Shown here piece after piece: positions 23,441 to 33,197 of a DNA stretch of 64,000 bases. The DNA is from an uncultured delta proteobacterium. GTDB taxonomy: Bacteria; Myxococcota_A; Polyangia; Polyangiales; Polyangiaceae. The notes under the pieces are model-generated. The model ran no database searches. It saw only the letters and a list, made by a program, of their open reading frames with translations, and was not told where the DNA came from. The stretch covers positions 51,133 to 115,132 of the forward strand of contig CAWKKR010000003.1 in assembly GCA_963850305.1 (NCBI GenBank), read 5' to 3'. The translations under genes were made by a program, and so were the position numbers. Positions within the stretch are counted from its first letter, which is position 1; each line of letters opens with the position of its first letter.

Positions 23441-23467
23441 CCAAGGTATGACGCTCGCGGCCGAAGG

Positions 23468-24577
23468 ATGGACGTGACGGCGAGGCTCCCGGCGCGTCCG
23501 TTTCTGGCAGACCTTCGGCGATCCGCGTCGGCGCTCCGCCTCCTGGCGGGCCCCGACGCGTTCGAACGCGTGAGGGATCGCGGCCTCCGACTCGAAGACT
23601 TCGACGTCCTCGTCGCGCCTGCGGGCGGAACGAAATTCTTGATGCTGGGCGGGCTCGATCGCGTGCTGTTCGGGGGCCTCAAGAAGGAGCGGCACGAGCC
23701 GCTCCACGCCGTCGGCGCTTCCATCGGTGCGTTTCGGCTCGCGTGCCTCGCGTGCGACGAGCCGGAGTCCGCCCTCGACAGGCTCGCAGCGGCTTATATC
23801 GCACTGGCTTTCACGCCGGCCCGCGCGGATGCGCGTCGCCTCGCGCTCGGTCTCGTGCAAAAGATGCTCGGCGACGAACGGCGAGAGGACATCGCCGATT
23901 CGACCCAGGTGCGCCTGCACGTGCTCACGACTCGATGCCGCGGGCTCATGTCGCTCGACCGCTGGCCCCCGCTCTTGACGGGCCTGGGACTCGCCGCAGC
24001 GGGCAACTTCGTCAGCCGGCGCTCGCTAGGGGCGCAGCTCACTCGCGTCGCGTTTCATAGCCGCGGAGAGCCGGGCCCCCTCGGTGCACTCCGCGATCTG
24101 CCGACGGAGCACGCGACGCTGGCGGCGCACAATCTGGAAGCGGCTCTGATGGCGTCGGCGGCCGTGCCGGCGCTCGTACCGGGCGTGAGGATCCCCGGCG
24201 GGCCCGAGGGCGTGCATCGCGATGGCGGGCTGCTCGACTATCACCCGGTGCTCTCGCTTCATCCGTCCGAAAAGCTCGTCCTGTACCCGCACTTCTACGA
24301 GCATCTGACGCCGGGTTGGTTCGATCGCGGGCTCTCGCGCCGCCGGGCGCGGGGCCAGGCAGTCCGCAGAATGGTGCTTCTGGCTCCGTCGGAATCGTTC
24401 CTCGCAAGCTTGCCAGGCGGAGTCAGACCGACGCGGCGCGATGCCTTTCGTTACTCGAAGGCCGAGTGCGCGCGCAGATGGCGCGCCGTGTGGGAGCGCG
24501 GCACCGAGCTCGGGCACGCGCTAGCAGATATGCTCGCATCACCGCGCCGCGCCGCCCTCGCCGTGGAGGCGCTGTAG
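23468..24577 (+). CDS. Patatin-like phospholipase
   Basis: Gly-rich PAGGTK, nucleophile GASIG, ASAAVP, DGG. Confidence 0.85.
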   Translation: MDVTARLPARPFLADLRRSASALRLLAGPDAFERVRDRGLRLEDFDVLVAPAGGTKFLMLGGLDRVLFGGLKKERHEPLHAVGASIGAFRLACLACDEPESALDRLAAAYIALAFTPARADARRLALGLVQKMLGDERREDIADSTQVRLHVLTTRCRGLMSLDRWPPLLTGLGLAAAGNFVSRRSLGAQLTRVAFHSRGEPGPLGALRDLPTEHATLAAHNLEAALMASAAVPALVPGVRIPGGPEGVHRDGGLLDYHPVLSLHPSEKLVLYPHFYEHLTPGWFDRGLSRRRARGQAVRRMVLLAPSESFLASLPGGVRPTRRDAFRYSKAECARRWRAVWERGTELGHALADMLASPRRAALAVEAL

Positions 24578-24641
24578 TTCCGCATCGACGAGCAGCGTCG
24601 TCCCTGAAGCATCAAAGAGCTGCGGAACTACGCGAGCGCAG

Positions 24642-25053
24642 CGAGCCCGCCGAAGGCGGCGGGGGAGCGGTCGCGAAGCGAGCCGCGGGGGTCAAGACCC
24701 CCTTGCGAGCACGAGCCCGCCGAAGGCGGCGGGGGAGCGGTCGCGAAGCGAGCCGCGGGGGTCAAGACCCCCTTGCGAGCACGAGCCCGCCGAAGGCGGC
24801 GGGGGAGCGGTCGCGAAGCGAGCCGCGGGGGTCAAGACCCCCTTGCGAGACCGAGCCCGCCGAAGGCGGCGGGGGAGCGGTCGCGAAGCGAGCCGCGGGG
24901 GTCAAGACCCCCTTGCGAGACCGAGCCCGCCGAAGGCGGCGGGGGAGCGGTCGCGAAGCGAGCCGCGGGGGTCAAGACCCCCTTGCGAGACCGAGCCCGC
25001 CGAAGGCGGCGGGGGAGCGGTCGCGAAGCGAGCCGCGGGGGTCAAGACCCCCT
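24642..25053. repeat. Tandem array of about six 70-bp REP-like units, each with three hairpins
   Basis: Units start at 24642, 24712, 24782, 24852, 24922 and 24992. Unit: CGAGCCCGCCGAAGGCGGCGGGGGAGCGGTCGCGAAGCGAGCCGCGGGGGTCAAGACCCCCTTGCGAG(CA/AC). Confidence 0.95.
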
Positions 25054-25151
25054 CGTGCGCAGGCGCGAGATGTTGACGAAACGTCACACGCGGAATACGC
25101 GCACTGAACATTAGCCGGGTAGCGTTCGCCGGTGGCCCTCGGGTCGTTCCG

Positions 25152-26102
25152 GTGACGAGCACGTTCCAACAGCAAAGCTTTCCGGCTCCGCGCCAGCGCC
25201 TGACGCTGCCTCGGGTCGTGGCGCGGATCTTTCAGCACGAAGACGTGAACTTCCTCGTCACGAACCGCGTTCCACGGCGCTACGCGACGCTCTTCATGGG
25301 CTGGTTCAGCCAGATCGAGAGTCGCGCGTTGACTCGGCTCTCGATCGCGGTCTGGCAGCTCTTCGGTGGAGATCTCGGGCTCGACGAGGCGAAGCGGTCG
25401 GAGTTCGTGAGTCTCCAGGAGTGCTTCACGCGCGAGCTCCGTGACGGCGTGCGACCCATCGACCGCGACCCCGACGTCCTCGTGAGCCCATGCGACGCGG
25501 TGGTCGGCGCGCACGGACGGGTCGAAGCGGGCTCCTTGTTTCAGGCGAAGGGCTTTCCGTACACGCTCCGCGATCTGTTCGGAGACACGGAGCTCGCCGC
25601 CCGTTATCGCGACGCCACGTTCGTGACGCTGCGCCTGAAGTCGAACATGTATCATCGCTTCCACGCGCCCGCGGATGCCACGGTAGAACGGGTGCGATAC
25701 CTGTCCGGGGATACGTGGAACGTGAATCCCATCGCTCTCCAGCGAGTCGAGCGGCTGTTTTGCAAGAATGAGCGCGCCGTGCTCGAGCTAGGCTCGGGGG
25801 AGCCGGAAGAAGCTCTCGCCCTCGTCGCGGTTGCATCGATCCTCGTCGCGAGTATCCGGATCCACTGCACGGGCGAGGTGTTCGATCTGCGGTATCGCGG
25901 CAGAGGAATGGTGAACTGCGGGGGAGTGCAAGTCGCGAAGGGCGACGAGCTCGGCTTCTTCCAGAGCGGTTCCACGATCGTGATGTTCGCGGCCGGCGCG
26001 TTCGCCTTCGAGCCCGGCGTGAACGACGGAACCGCAATCCAGGTCGGACGAGCACTGCTCAGGCGAACTCATTCACCGAGAAAGACAGAGAGGCGAGCAT
26101 GA
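25152..26102 (+). CDS. psd: Phosphatidylserine decarboxylase family proenzyme
   Basis: FTRELRDG, VSPCD, QAKG..Y, YHRFHAP, KNER, self-cleavage motif GSTIV. Confidence 0.9.
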   Translation: MTSTFQQQSFPAPRQRLTLPRVVARIFQHEDVNFLVTNRVPRRYATLFMGWFSQIESRALTRLSIAVWQLFGGDLGLDEAKRSEFVSLQECFTRELRDGVRPIDRDPDVLVSPCDAVVGAHGRVEAGSLFQAKGFPYTLRDLFGDTELAARYRDATFVTLRLKSNMYHRFHAPADATVERVRYLSGDTWNVNPIALQRVERLFCKNERAVLELGSGEPEEALALVAVASILVASIRIHCTGEVFDLRYRGRGMVNCGGVQVAKGDELGFFQSGSTIVMFAAGAFAFEPGVNDGTAIQVGRALLRRTHSPRKTERRA

Positions 26103-26749
26103 CGGAACTCACGGCTGAATCCCACCTCAGTTTCATGGAAGAGCTGCACGAGCAGCGCTGGGACGATCATCGCTACTACCATCGGAGCCGCGTGAACCAG
26201 AGCTTGCACCTCTTGAGCGCGTGCTGCTTCCTGACGACCTACGCGCTCATTCCGGTGAACCCGCTCGCTGCCGCGATCTTCGGATGGGTCATCGCCATGT
26301 GGCCGCGACAGATCGGGCACTTCTTCTTCGAACCCAAGGGCTACGACGAGATCAACCACGTTACCTTCGAGAAGAAGGAGGAGATCAAGGTTGGGTTCAA
26401 CCTGCGGCGCAAGGTCATCCTGTTCGCGGTCTGGTCGGGCATACCGCTCCTGCTTCGAGTGAGCCCGGACGTGGCGCGATTCGTCGAGTCGCTGAGCGGC
26501 TATCGTTCGTACCAGCAGCAACTGGGCGTGCTCTGGCTCGCGCTCGCCTTTGCCGGGGTCATGGCCCGGACGCTCTGGCTCTGCGCGACCCGGAACCTCC
26601 AGACGGGGCTCGTCTGGTGCACGAAGATCCTCACCGATCCGTTCCACGACATCACGATGTACTACTCGGCCCCGCTCCACCTGCTCAGAGGGGAGTGGCT
26701 CGATCCGATGGATCACGTCGCAGCGCGGACCGAAGAGCAACCGCACTGA
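26099..26749 (+). CDS. Mpo1/DUF962-like membrane protein (putative His-ligated metalloenzyme)
   Basis: YYHRSRVNQSLH and RQIGHFFFEPK resemble the YH...N..LH and QFIGH..FE motifs of DUF962/Mpo1. Confidence 0.6.
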   Translation: MTELTAESHLSFMEELHEQRWDDHRYYHRSRVNQSLHLLSACCFLTTYALIPVNPLAAAIFGWVIAMWPRQIGHFFFEPKGYDEINHVTFEKKEEIKVGFNLRRKVILFAVWSGIPLLLRVSPDVARFVESLSGYRSYQQQLGVLWLALAFAGVMARTLWLCATRNLQTGLVWCTKILTDPFHDITMYYSAPLHLLRGEWLDPMDHVAARTEEQPH

Positions 26750-28325
26750 GCATCTCCCGGAGAACGCGCCGTTTGATGCCGCGGTTCGTGAGCGCAAGCG
26801 GGGCCGACCACCACCCGTCAGCTTGCATGGCGGTGGCGGCGGCAACGAATCGATCGGAGATCTCGCGAAAGTCATCGTCCGTCAGGTCGTGTGCGAAGAT
26901 GAGGCGCCCGCTACCAATCCAGCTGAGCGCGAGGCCCTGCGCCCGGAGGTAATATTGAAGCATCCAGTTGTAACGGCCTGGTTCGATATAGAGAGTCGTC
27001 CAGACCGAGGTCATGTTGGCAACACGAACGGGCAGGCCGCGCGATTCCAGTGCCGCGTTGAGTGAACGCGCCCGCAAATCCCAGCGCGCGTCGAGATCCC
27101 CGTAAGTGCCGCGGATCTCCGGCTCTTCGAGCCTCCGCAGAAATTCGTTCATCGTCGCCATGACGACGGGGTGGGAGTTGAACGTGCCGCGTGCGAAGCA
27201 GACGTCGGCGGGGCGATCGTCGCGGAAGCGCCGCATCAACGTACGCCGACCGCAAACCACGCCGACCGGAAGTCCACCCCCGAGAGTCTTGCCGTACGTC
27301 ACGAGATCTGCTCGAACACCGAAGTATTCCTGAGTGCCCCCGGGTGCCAGGCGAAAGCCCATGAAGACGTCGTCGATGACGAACACGATGCCGCGCGCGG
27401 TGCACACGTCACTGAGCTTCCGGAGCCACGCACCGTATGCGGCCTTGTCGTAGCGCGCCGAACGGTCGCTGCCGATGAGCGTCGAATCGCTCGGGGGCGC
27501 GCCGTTCGGGTGCATTGCCTGAATGGGGTTCACGAGCACGCACGCGATATCGTCGCGGGTCGCGAGGACGCGCAGCGTAACGTCGTCCATTTCCTTCAGC
27601 GTGTAGACCTCGTGCGCGGGGCGCGGATTGCCGACGCCCGCCTGCACGCCGTCCCACCACCCGTGATACGCGCCGCAAAAACGTACGACGTGCGAGCGCC
27701 CCGTATGGTACCGCGCGAGCCGGACCGCTTGCATGACGGCTTCCGTGCCGGACATGTGGAACGACACTTCGTCCAGCCCGGAGAGCGACTGGAGTCGCTT
27801 CACGTTGTCCGCAACAATCGGATGATAACTGCCGAGCGTGACGCCGAGCATTTTCGCGCGCTCGAACCCGCGCTCGAGAGTTTGCTTGTAGAACTCCTGC
27901 CCAAAGACGTTCACTCCATAGGAGCCGCCGAGGTCGTACGACCATCGGCCGTCGAGATCGCGAACACGAGGCCCCTCGGATTCCTCGACGAAGAAGCCGA
28001 CCTTCAGGCGCGACGCAACGTAGCGCTGGTACTGGAACGGTACACGGTACGAATTGACGAATGCCGCGTCCGAAAGTCCTCCTTGGACTTCGCTGCCGAG
28101 CGCGAGGGTCTTCGGCGAGCGCGCCAGCAACTCCGCAGCAAGGCGTTCGAACCCTTGCCGCCGGCGCTGAGCGACATCCTCCGACGCGCCGTCGGTAGCG
28201 AAGAAACTGCCCTCGCCGAACTCGTAGCGCGGAATGAGCTTGGCGACGCGGAGCGACATCTTCGCGTGACCGCGCAGGGACGGATGCTTCGCCCTGGAGA
28301 GAAGCAAGCGCGCCTTCAACATCAC
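26685..28325 (-). CDS. Class III PLP-dependent aminotransferase (GSA-aminomutase-like, N-terminally extended)
   Basis: RDLDGR..YD, SGTEA, GAYHGWWD, DDVFMGFR, TYGKTLGGGLP (PLP Lys), GTFNSHP. Confidence 0.88.
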   Translation of the reverse strand: MMLKARLLLSRAKHPSLRGHAKMSLRVAKLIPRYEFGEGSFFATDGASEDVAQRRRQGFERLAAELLARSPKTLALGSEVQGGLSDAAFVNSYRVPFQYQRYVASRLKVGFFVEESEGPRVRDLDGRWSYDLGGSYGVNVFGQEFYKQTLERGFERAKMLGVTLGSYHPIVADNVKRLQSLSGLDEVSFHMSGTEAVMQAVRLARYHTGRSHVVRFCGAYHGWWDGVQAGVGNPRPAHEVYTLKEMDDVTLRVLATRDDIACVLVNPIQAMHPNGAPPSDSTLIGSDRSARYDKAAYGAWLRKLSDVCTARGIVFVIDDVFMGFRLAPGGTQEYFGVRADLVTYGKTLGGGLPVGVVCGRRTLMRRFRDDRPADVCFARGTFNSHPVVMATMNEFLRRLEEPEIRGTYGDLDARWDLRARSLNAALESRGLPVRVANMTSVWTTLYIEPGRYNWMLQYYLRAQGLALSWIGSGRLIFAHDLTDDDFREISDRFVAAATAMQADGWWSAPLALTNRGIKRRVLREMLSAVALRSALRRDPSDRATPL

Positions 28326-31003
28326 GCGACGATTTTAGTCTCATTCGAGCCGGAAGGGTCGTCCTCCGCGGCAAGAAGAGCAAAGACCCGGGAATGGAGG
28401 TCGCTCTGACCCTTCAATTGACGACGGTACTTGTCCGAATCGAAGATGGCAGTGAACGGTTCGTCGATGCGCCGCGCTTCGGCAAACTCTCGAGCCTGGC
28501 TCCCGAGGCGCATCCGGAGACCGCCGTTCATCAGACTCTCCATGGCGTGGCGAAGCTCATCCACGTCGTGTCCACCGATCTGGATCCCGGTCACACCGTC
28601 CTCCATCAGCTCGGCAGGGCCCCCAATCGACGATACGATGACAGGCAAGCCGGAAGCCTGCGCTTCGACCGGTGCGTTCCCCCATGTGTCCGTCGTGCTC
28701 GGAAACAGCTTCACGTCCGCGGAAGCATAGGCCCGACACAGGTCCGTCCGCTCCAAAAAGCCCGTGAACGTCACGGGCAGCCCGTCGAGCAAGCGCTCGA
28801 ACTCTGCACGGTACGGGCCATCGCCGACGACGATTAGGTGCGCGTTCGGCTGGGTCTTTCGAAGCTCCCGGTACGCCTCCGCGAGCAGCTTCAAGTTCTT
28901 CTCGACACCGAGGCGGCCGACGTAAATGAACTTCACGAGTTGCTCGGCGTTGTCGAGATTGAAGCGACCCCAGAAACCCGCAGTGCGGTTCTTCGGGTGG
29001 AACCTATCGACGTCCACCCAGCGGTCGAGGATGAGGAGCTTGCGGTTCCGAAGGCCGCGCTTGTGAAGGAGGCGCGCGATGAACGCGGACGGTACGAGCA
29101 CCTCGTCGACCGCATGATAAAAGCCGATCATGTACTTCCACGCGAGCGCTTCCAGGCTGATGTCGCGCGTGTAGTTCTCCACGTATTCGGGGATGCTCGT
29201 GTGATAGGTCGCCGCGGTTTCCATCTGCAGCGCCTTGGCCGCGAACAGGCCGTAGAGCCCGATGACGCCGGGGGTGCTCAGCTGCATCTTGTTGAAGCCG
29301 GATTCCTGCAAGTACCGGAGAAGATCGAGGAAGGGCGGGAACCGGATCTGCAAGCGATCGTATTCCGGGAAGCCGAGGCGCACGACGGACGGCAGGATCT
29401 TCAGACGCCCGCGCTCGATGAAGTCACGGATCTCGGGATCGCGCGTATGCTCGTCCATTTCGTCTTCGCCGAGGCATGTCACGACGGTGAAGGCATGCTC
29501 GTGCCGGATCGCTTCGCGAATCATGCGCTTGATGCTCGCGGCCACGCCGTTGATCTCGAAGAAGGTGTCGGTGATGAGCACGACCTTACGTTGCTCGGCA
29601 AGGCCGAAGGTCTTCCGGACGTCGCGAACGATCAAGCAGTCCGAACTCTGCGCCATGAACGACATGAGGTACGGGAGCGACACCAGCGCGTTGGAGGTCA
29701 CGAGCGCGACGACCTCCTTCACGAGACCGACCAGGTTCGCCTCTCCGGCGTCGCGCAGGTTCTCCACATACCGAGCGAAGATGCGGTTCAGTAGCGTTCC
29801 GACGACCAGAAAGATCCGCTCGTCCGCCTGCGTCGCCGGGTCCAATCGGGACAGCGCGGTGTGGAACTTCGAGTCAGAGAGCAGACGACACACCTCCGAC
29901 TCGAACACCTGTTCGAAGGGTACCCCCGTGCGTGAGCGCACGTGGCGAGTGAGCGCGGGATGCGCGAGCCACCGCTGTAATTGGGCCTTCGCCAGTATCC
30001 GCAAACGATCGACGCGGCTCGCGGTATCCGAATCGAAGACCAGCCGGAGGAGCGTGTACACGGAGCCGCCGATCGGCAGCGACTTCCCTCCGTTCCCCTT
30101 CTTCCGTGTGCTGCCGTCGTAGAGCAGTTTCAAGATGGAGTGTGCGAGCGTGATGGGACCGCCGTGCAAACCCCCCGGCCGCGTCTCACGCCGCCGGATC
30201 GCGTCCACGATGTCGTTCGCGGTTGGTGCGGAGGGACCGTGCGGAAAGGTGGTCCAGGTCCTTCCGGGATTGATGCCCGAGTGGTCATCCGATCCGCCGA
30301 CGACGGCCTTCAGCCACGGGGTGTCACCCTTCGGATGGATCCCGTACCTGTTTGCGAGGCGCTCGATGTGCGTCCGGTCCAGCGTATCGAGCATCGTGCC
30401 CGTGAGTTCGTTCAGCGCCCGCGTCCGTGCGCCATTCTGGATCTCGAAGCAATTACAGAGCAGGAGTGCCTTCTCGATGTGCTGGATGCCGAGCGAGCCC
30501 TCTCGCCCGTAGGGGCGGTTTTGCGTGCTCATGAGCGGGTGCGTCATGAAGTACGCAAGCCTATTTCCGGCTGTGTTCCGACCTTCGGCCGCGATCTCCC
30601 CGTCGGCGTAAGCGATCATCTCGTACACGTTCTTGCGGAGACGATGAAGCTCCCCGAACTGCGCCTCGGTCATGTTCGCCACCGTGACGTGGATGTTGCA
30701 GCCATCCTCGGGGAACGTGGTCGTCATCTCGGCGCTGATGAAGACGTCCTCGAGACCCCGATCGAGGAGCTCACGCACCCCGTCGATGGAGTTGTGATCC
30801 GTCAGCGTCACGATGCTCATTCCCCGCTCTTTCAGCAGGCGATACACCTTGATCGGCTCCGAGTACGACTCGGGGATCGAGAAGGCGTTCGCCGCGTAGT
30901 AGTCGGTGACGTTCGACGCGTACGAGTGAAGGTGGAAGTCGACTCGGCCTCGAAGTGGGATTATTTGGATGCTCGCGGGGTACCGCTGGGTAGGAGCATC
31001 CAC
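28322..31003 (-). CDS. PHP phosphoesterase domain fused to a GT4 glycosyltransferase
   Basis: PHP motifs DFHLHS, TLTDHN, GGSDDH. GT4 motifs TDTFFEINGV, YVGRLGVEKN, FPSTTDTWGNAPVEAQASGLP. Confidence 0.9.
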   Translation of the reverse strand: MDAPTQRYPASIQIIPLRGRVDFHLHSYASNVTDYYAANAFSIPESYSEPIKVYRLLKERGMSIVTLTDHNSIDGVRELLDRGLEDVFISAEMTTTFPEDGCNIHVTVANMTEAQFGELHRLRKNVYEMIAYADGEIAAEGRNTAGNRLAYFMTHPLMSTQNRPYGREGSLGIQHIEKALLLCNCFEIQNGARTRALNELTGTMLDTLDRTHIERLANRYGIHPKGDTPWLKAVVGGSDDHSGINPGRTWTTFPHGPSAPTANDIVDAIRRRETRPGGLHGGPITLAHSILKLLYDGSTRKKGNGGKSLPIGGSVYTLLRLVFDSDTASRVDRLRILAKAQLQRWLAHPALTRHVRSRTGVPFEQVFESEVCRLLSDSKFHTALSRLDPATQADERIFLVVGTLLNRIFARYVENLRDAGEANLVGLVKEVVALVTSNALVSLPYLMSFMAQSSDCLIVRDVRKTFGLAEQRKVVLITDTFFEINGVAASIKRMIREAIRHEHAFTVVTCLGEDEMDEHTRDPEIRDFIERGRLKILPSVVRLGFPEYDRLQIRFPPFLDLLRYLQESGFNKMQLSTPGVIGLYGLFAAKALQMETAATYHTSIPEYVENYTRDISLEALAWKYMIGFYHAVDEVLVPSAFIARLLHKRGLRNRKLLILDRWVDVDRFHPKNRTAGFWGRFNLDNAEQLVKFIYVGRLGVEKNLKLLAEAYRELRKTQPNAHLIVVGDGPYRAEFERLLDGLPVTFTGFLERTDLCRAYASADVKLFPSTTDTWGNAPVEAQASGLPVIVSSIGGPAELMEDGVTGIQIGGHDVDELRHAMESLMNGGLRMRLGSQAREFAEARRIDEPFTAIFDSDKYRRQLKGQSDLHSRVFALLAAEDDPSGSNETKIVA

Positions 31004-31010
31004 CCCTATT

Positions 31011-31037
31011 GTGACCTCCGGGTGATGAACAAATGAC
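31011..31037 (-). promoter_or_regulatory. Pho-box-like triple direct repeat
   Basis: Minus strand GTCAT-N6-ATCAC-N6-GTCAC immediately upstream of the PHP-GT4 gene. Confidence 0.55.
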
Positions 31038-31358
31038 GAGTATGAAAGGACTCCGCACCGAATGAGAAACGGGTAGCGGGTCCGGAGAGAGCGGCGAAGT
31101 CACACGACACCAGGCGAGGCCTGCGACGACACGCGTGGCCTTGGATGGAGCGCGGGAACCTAGCTGCATCGCGCCAGCTCCACCGCGCTCGACGCGAGGA
31201 CAGCACGGCGCGAACTCGTCGCCACGAGACAGTCTCAGACGTGACGAGGGCCGTGCTTGATCTCCACCGAATCGTTGCTGAAAGGCCAGATCGTCCGCCT
31301 ATAGGATGCGAGCCCGATTTCCAAACGCCGCCTCGATTGTTTCCTTCGGAGGTTTCGC

Positions 31359-33134
31359 ATGACCGCTCGACATTGTGGTTCTCTCATCTCGCTGCTCGCG
31401 CTCTCGGTAGGACTCGCGAGTTGTTCGGGCTCGAACGGCAAGGACGGCGCCCCTGGCGCGAAGGGGGACACGGGCGACACCGGCGCGCCCGGAGCCAACG
31501 GAACCGACGGAACCAACGGCACCAACGGGGCCGATGGCACCAACGGCGCGCCGGGCCCAGCCGGCTCGGCCGGGCCTGCGGGACCCACCGGGCCCGCGGG
31601 ATCCACCGGGCCTGCGGGACCCACCGGGCCTGCGGGATCCACCGGGCCTGCGGGACCCGCCGGGCCTGCGGGGCCCGCCGGACCGCCGGGACCGAAAGGT
31701 GACGCGGGTCCGCCCGGACCGAAGGGTGACCCGGGAACGCTCGCCGAGTCCGCCTGGGTCGAGATCGGAGCAAATAATCAAGCCATCGCGCGGCTTCTCA
31801 CGCCGTACGGCGTGTGTCCCGCCATCACCGTGGACGGCGTCACCAGCGCCATGACCGTCCGCGCGCCGGCTGGAGCCGAGCCGATTCGCACGACCAGCAC
31901 CGATACAACGCTGAGCGCCGCGCAGACCTCGGGCAACTCGAAGGCCTCGATCTTCACGACCACGACCTGCGAGTTCTTGCTCCCTGCTGGGGCAACCACC
32001 GCCACGGTGGCCGGCATCAGCCTGCCGCTTCCGAAGGCGGTCGTGAACCGCGTCGTGATCGTGGGCGACACCGGGTGCCGCATCTCGATCGGAAACATCT
32101 ACCAGAACTGCGCCGATCCAGCGCAGTGGCCCTTCCCCGTGATCGCGGCGGCCGCCGCCGCCCTCAAGCCCGATCTCGTGCTTCACGTCGGTGACTACGA
32201 GTACCGCGACAATCCTTGCCCGCCAGGCAACACGGCCTGCGCCGGCCAGCCCTGGGGCTACGGGTCCGATGCCTGGTTCGCCGATTTCTTCGCGCCGGCC
32301 GCGCCTTTGCTGGCGGCGGCGCCCTGGGTCATCGTCCGCGGCAATCACGAGGTGTGCAACCGCGCCGGCCAGGGCTGGTACAGATACCTCGATCCGAATC
32401 CGTTCGATGGCAACGATGTCAAGACCTGCGACGATCCGGCCAACGACGCCATCGGCAACTACAACGATCCCTGGGCGGTTTCCTTCGGAGATACGCAGTT
32501 CATCGTCTTCGACTCCTCGGGTGTGGCGAAGGCCGCCTACTCGCCCCCAGCGTTTCAGCCCTACACGGACGAGCTGGCGGAAACAGGCACCCTGGCGGAC
32601 GCGAACCTGCTGAACATCTTCGCGGTTCACCACCCGATCCTCGGCTACACGGCAGCCAACCCGCCCACGGTGGGAAACGCAGGGCTGCAGTCCGTCATGA
32701 ACGCGGCATACCCCGGCAACTATTATCCCCCGAACATCGATATCGCCATCCATGGCCACGTGCACGACTTCCAGGCCTTCGACTTCACCAGCAACCACCC
32801 GGCGACCTTCGTCGCCGGGAACGGCGGCGACAACCTGGATTCGGCGCTCCCCGCTGCATTCGACCCCAACACCGACCTGCCCGCGCCGGGCACGGTCGTC
32901 AATGCGTTTGCTTACTCGCAGGAGTTCGGCTTCATGGTCATGGACCGCGTGGGTGCGGTGGGCACGCACAACTGGAAGTTTAGCTCATACCGCACCGACG
33001 GTTCGCTCATCGCCGTCTGCAGCATGGCGGCTCCGAGCGCCTGTAGCGGCACCTGTGACACCACCCCCGGCAGCCGGATCACCTGCACGGACGGCGGCGG
33101 CAACGTGGTCGGCGGCTACGACAACATCCCGTAA
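31359..33134 (+). CDS. Lipoprotein with a collagen-like stalk and a calcineurin-like metallophosphoesterase domain
   Basis: GGAGG RBS, lipobox LASC, about 35 G-X-Y triplets (~31428-31742), GDTG, HVGDY, RGNHE, HHP, HGHVH. Confidence 0.9.
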   Translation: MTARHCGSLISLLALSVGLASCSGSNGKDGAPGAKGDTGDTGAPGANGTDGTNGTNGADGTNGAPGPAGSAGPAGPTGPAGSTGPAGPTGPAGSTGPAGPAGPAGPAGPPGPKGDAGPPGPKGDPGTLAESAWVEIGANNQAIARLLTPYGVCPAITVDGVTSAMTVRAPAGAEPIRTTSTDTTLSAAQTSGNSKASIFTTTTCEFLLPAGATTATVAGISLPLPKAVVNRVVIVGDTGCRISIGNIYQNCADPAQWPFPVIAAAAAALKPDLVLHVGDYEYRDNPCPPGNTACAGQPWGYGSDAWFADFFAPAAPLLAAAPWVIVRGNHEVCNRAGQGWYRYLDPNPFDGNDVKTCDDPANDAIGNYNDPWAVSFGDTQFIVFDSSGVAKAAYSPPAFQPYTDELAETGTLADANLLNIFAVHHPILGYTAANPPTVGNAGLQSVMNAAYPGNYYPPNIDIAIHGHVHDFQAFDFTSNHPATFVAGNGGDNLDSALPAAFDPNTDLPAPGTVVNAFAYSQEFGFMVMDRVGAVGTHNWKFSSYRTDGSLIAVCSMAAPSACSGTCDTTPGSRITCTDGGGNVVGGYDNIP

Positions 33135-33197
33135 GCCAGGCGCAACCTGAAAAACGAATCAGGATCCCGGCGGCGCCTGGCAACAGGCGCCGCGCTC

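Noticed and set aside
24642..25053. CRISPR array
   Set aside because: Units are directly adjacent with no unique spacers, and no cas genes are present.
26685..28325. Calling this gene hemL
   Set aside because: Long N-terminal extension, divergent motifs and lipid-gene context; only fold-level similarity is supported.
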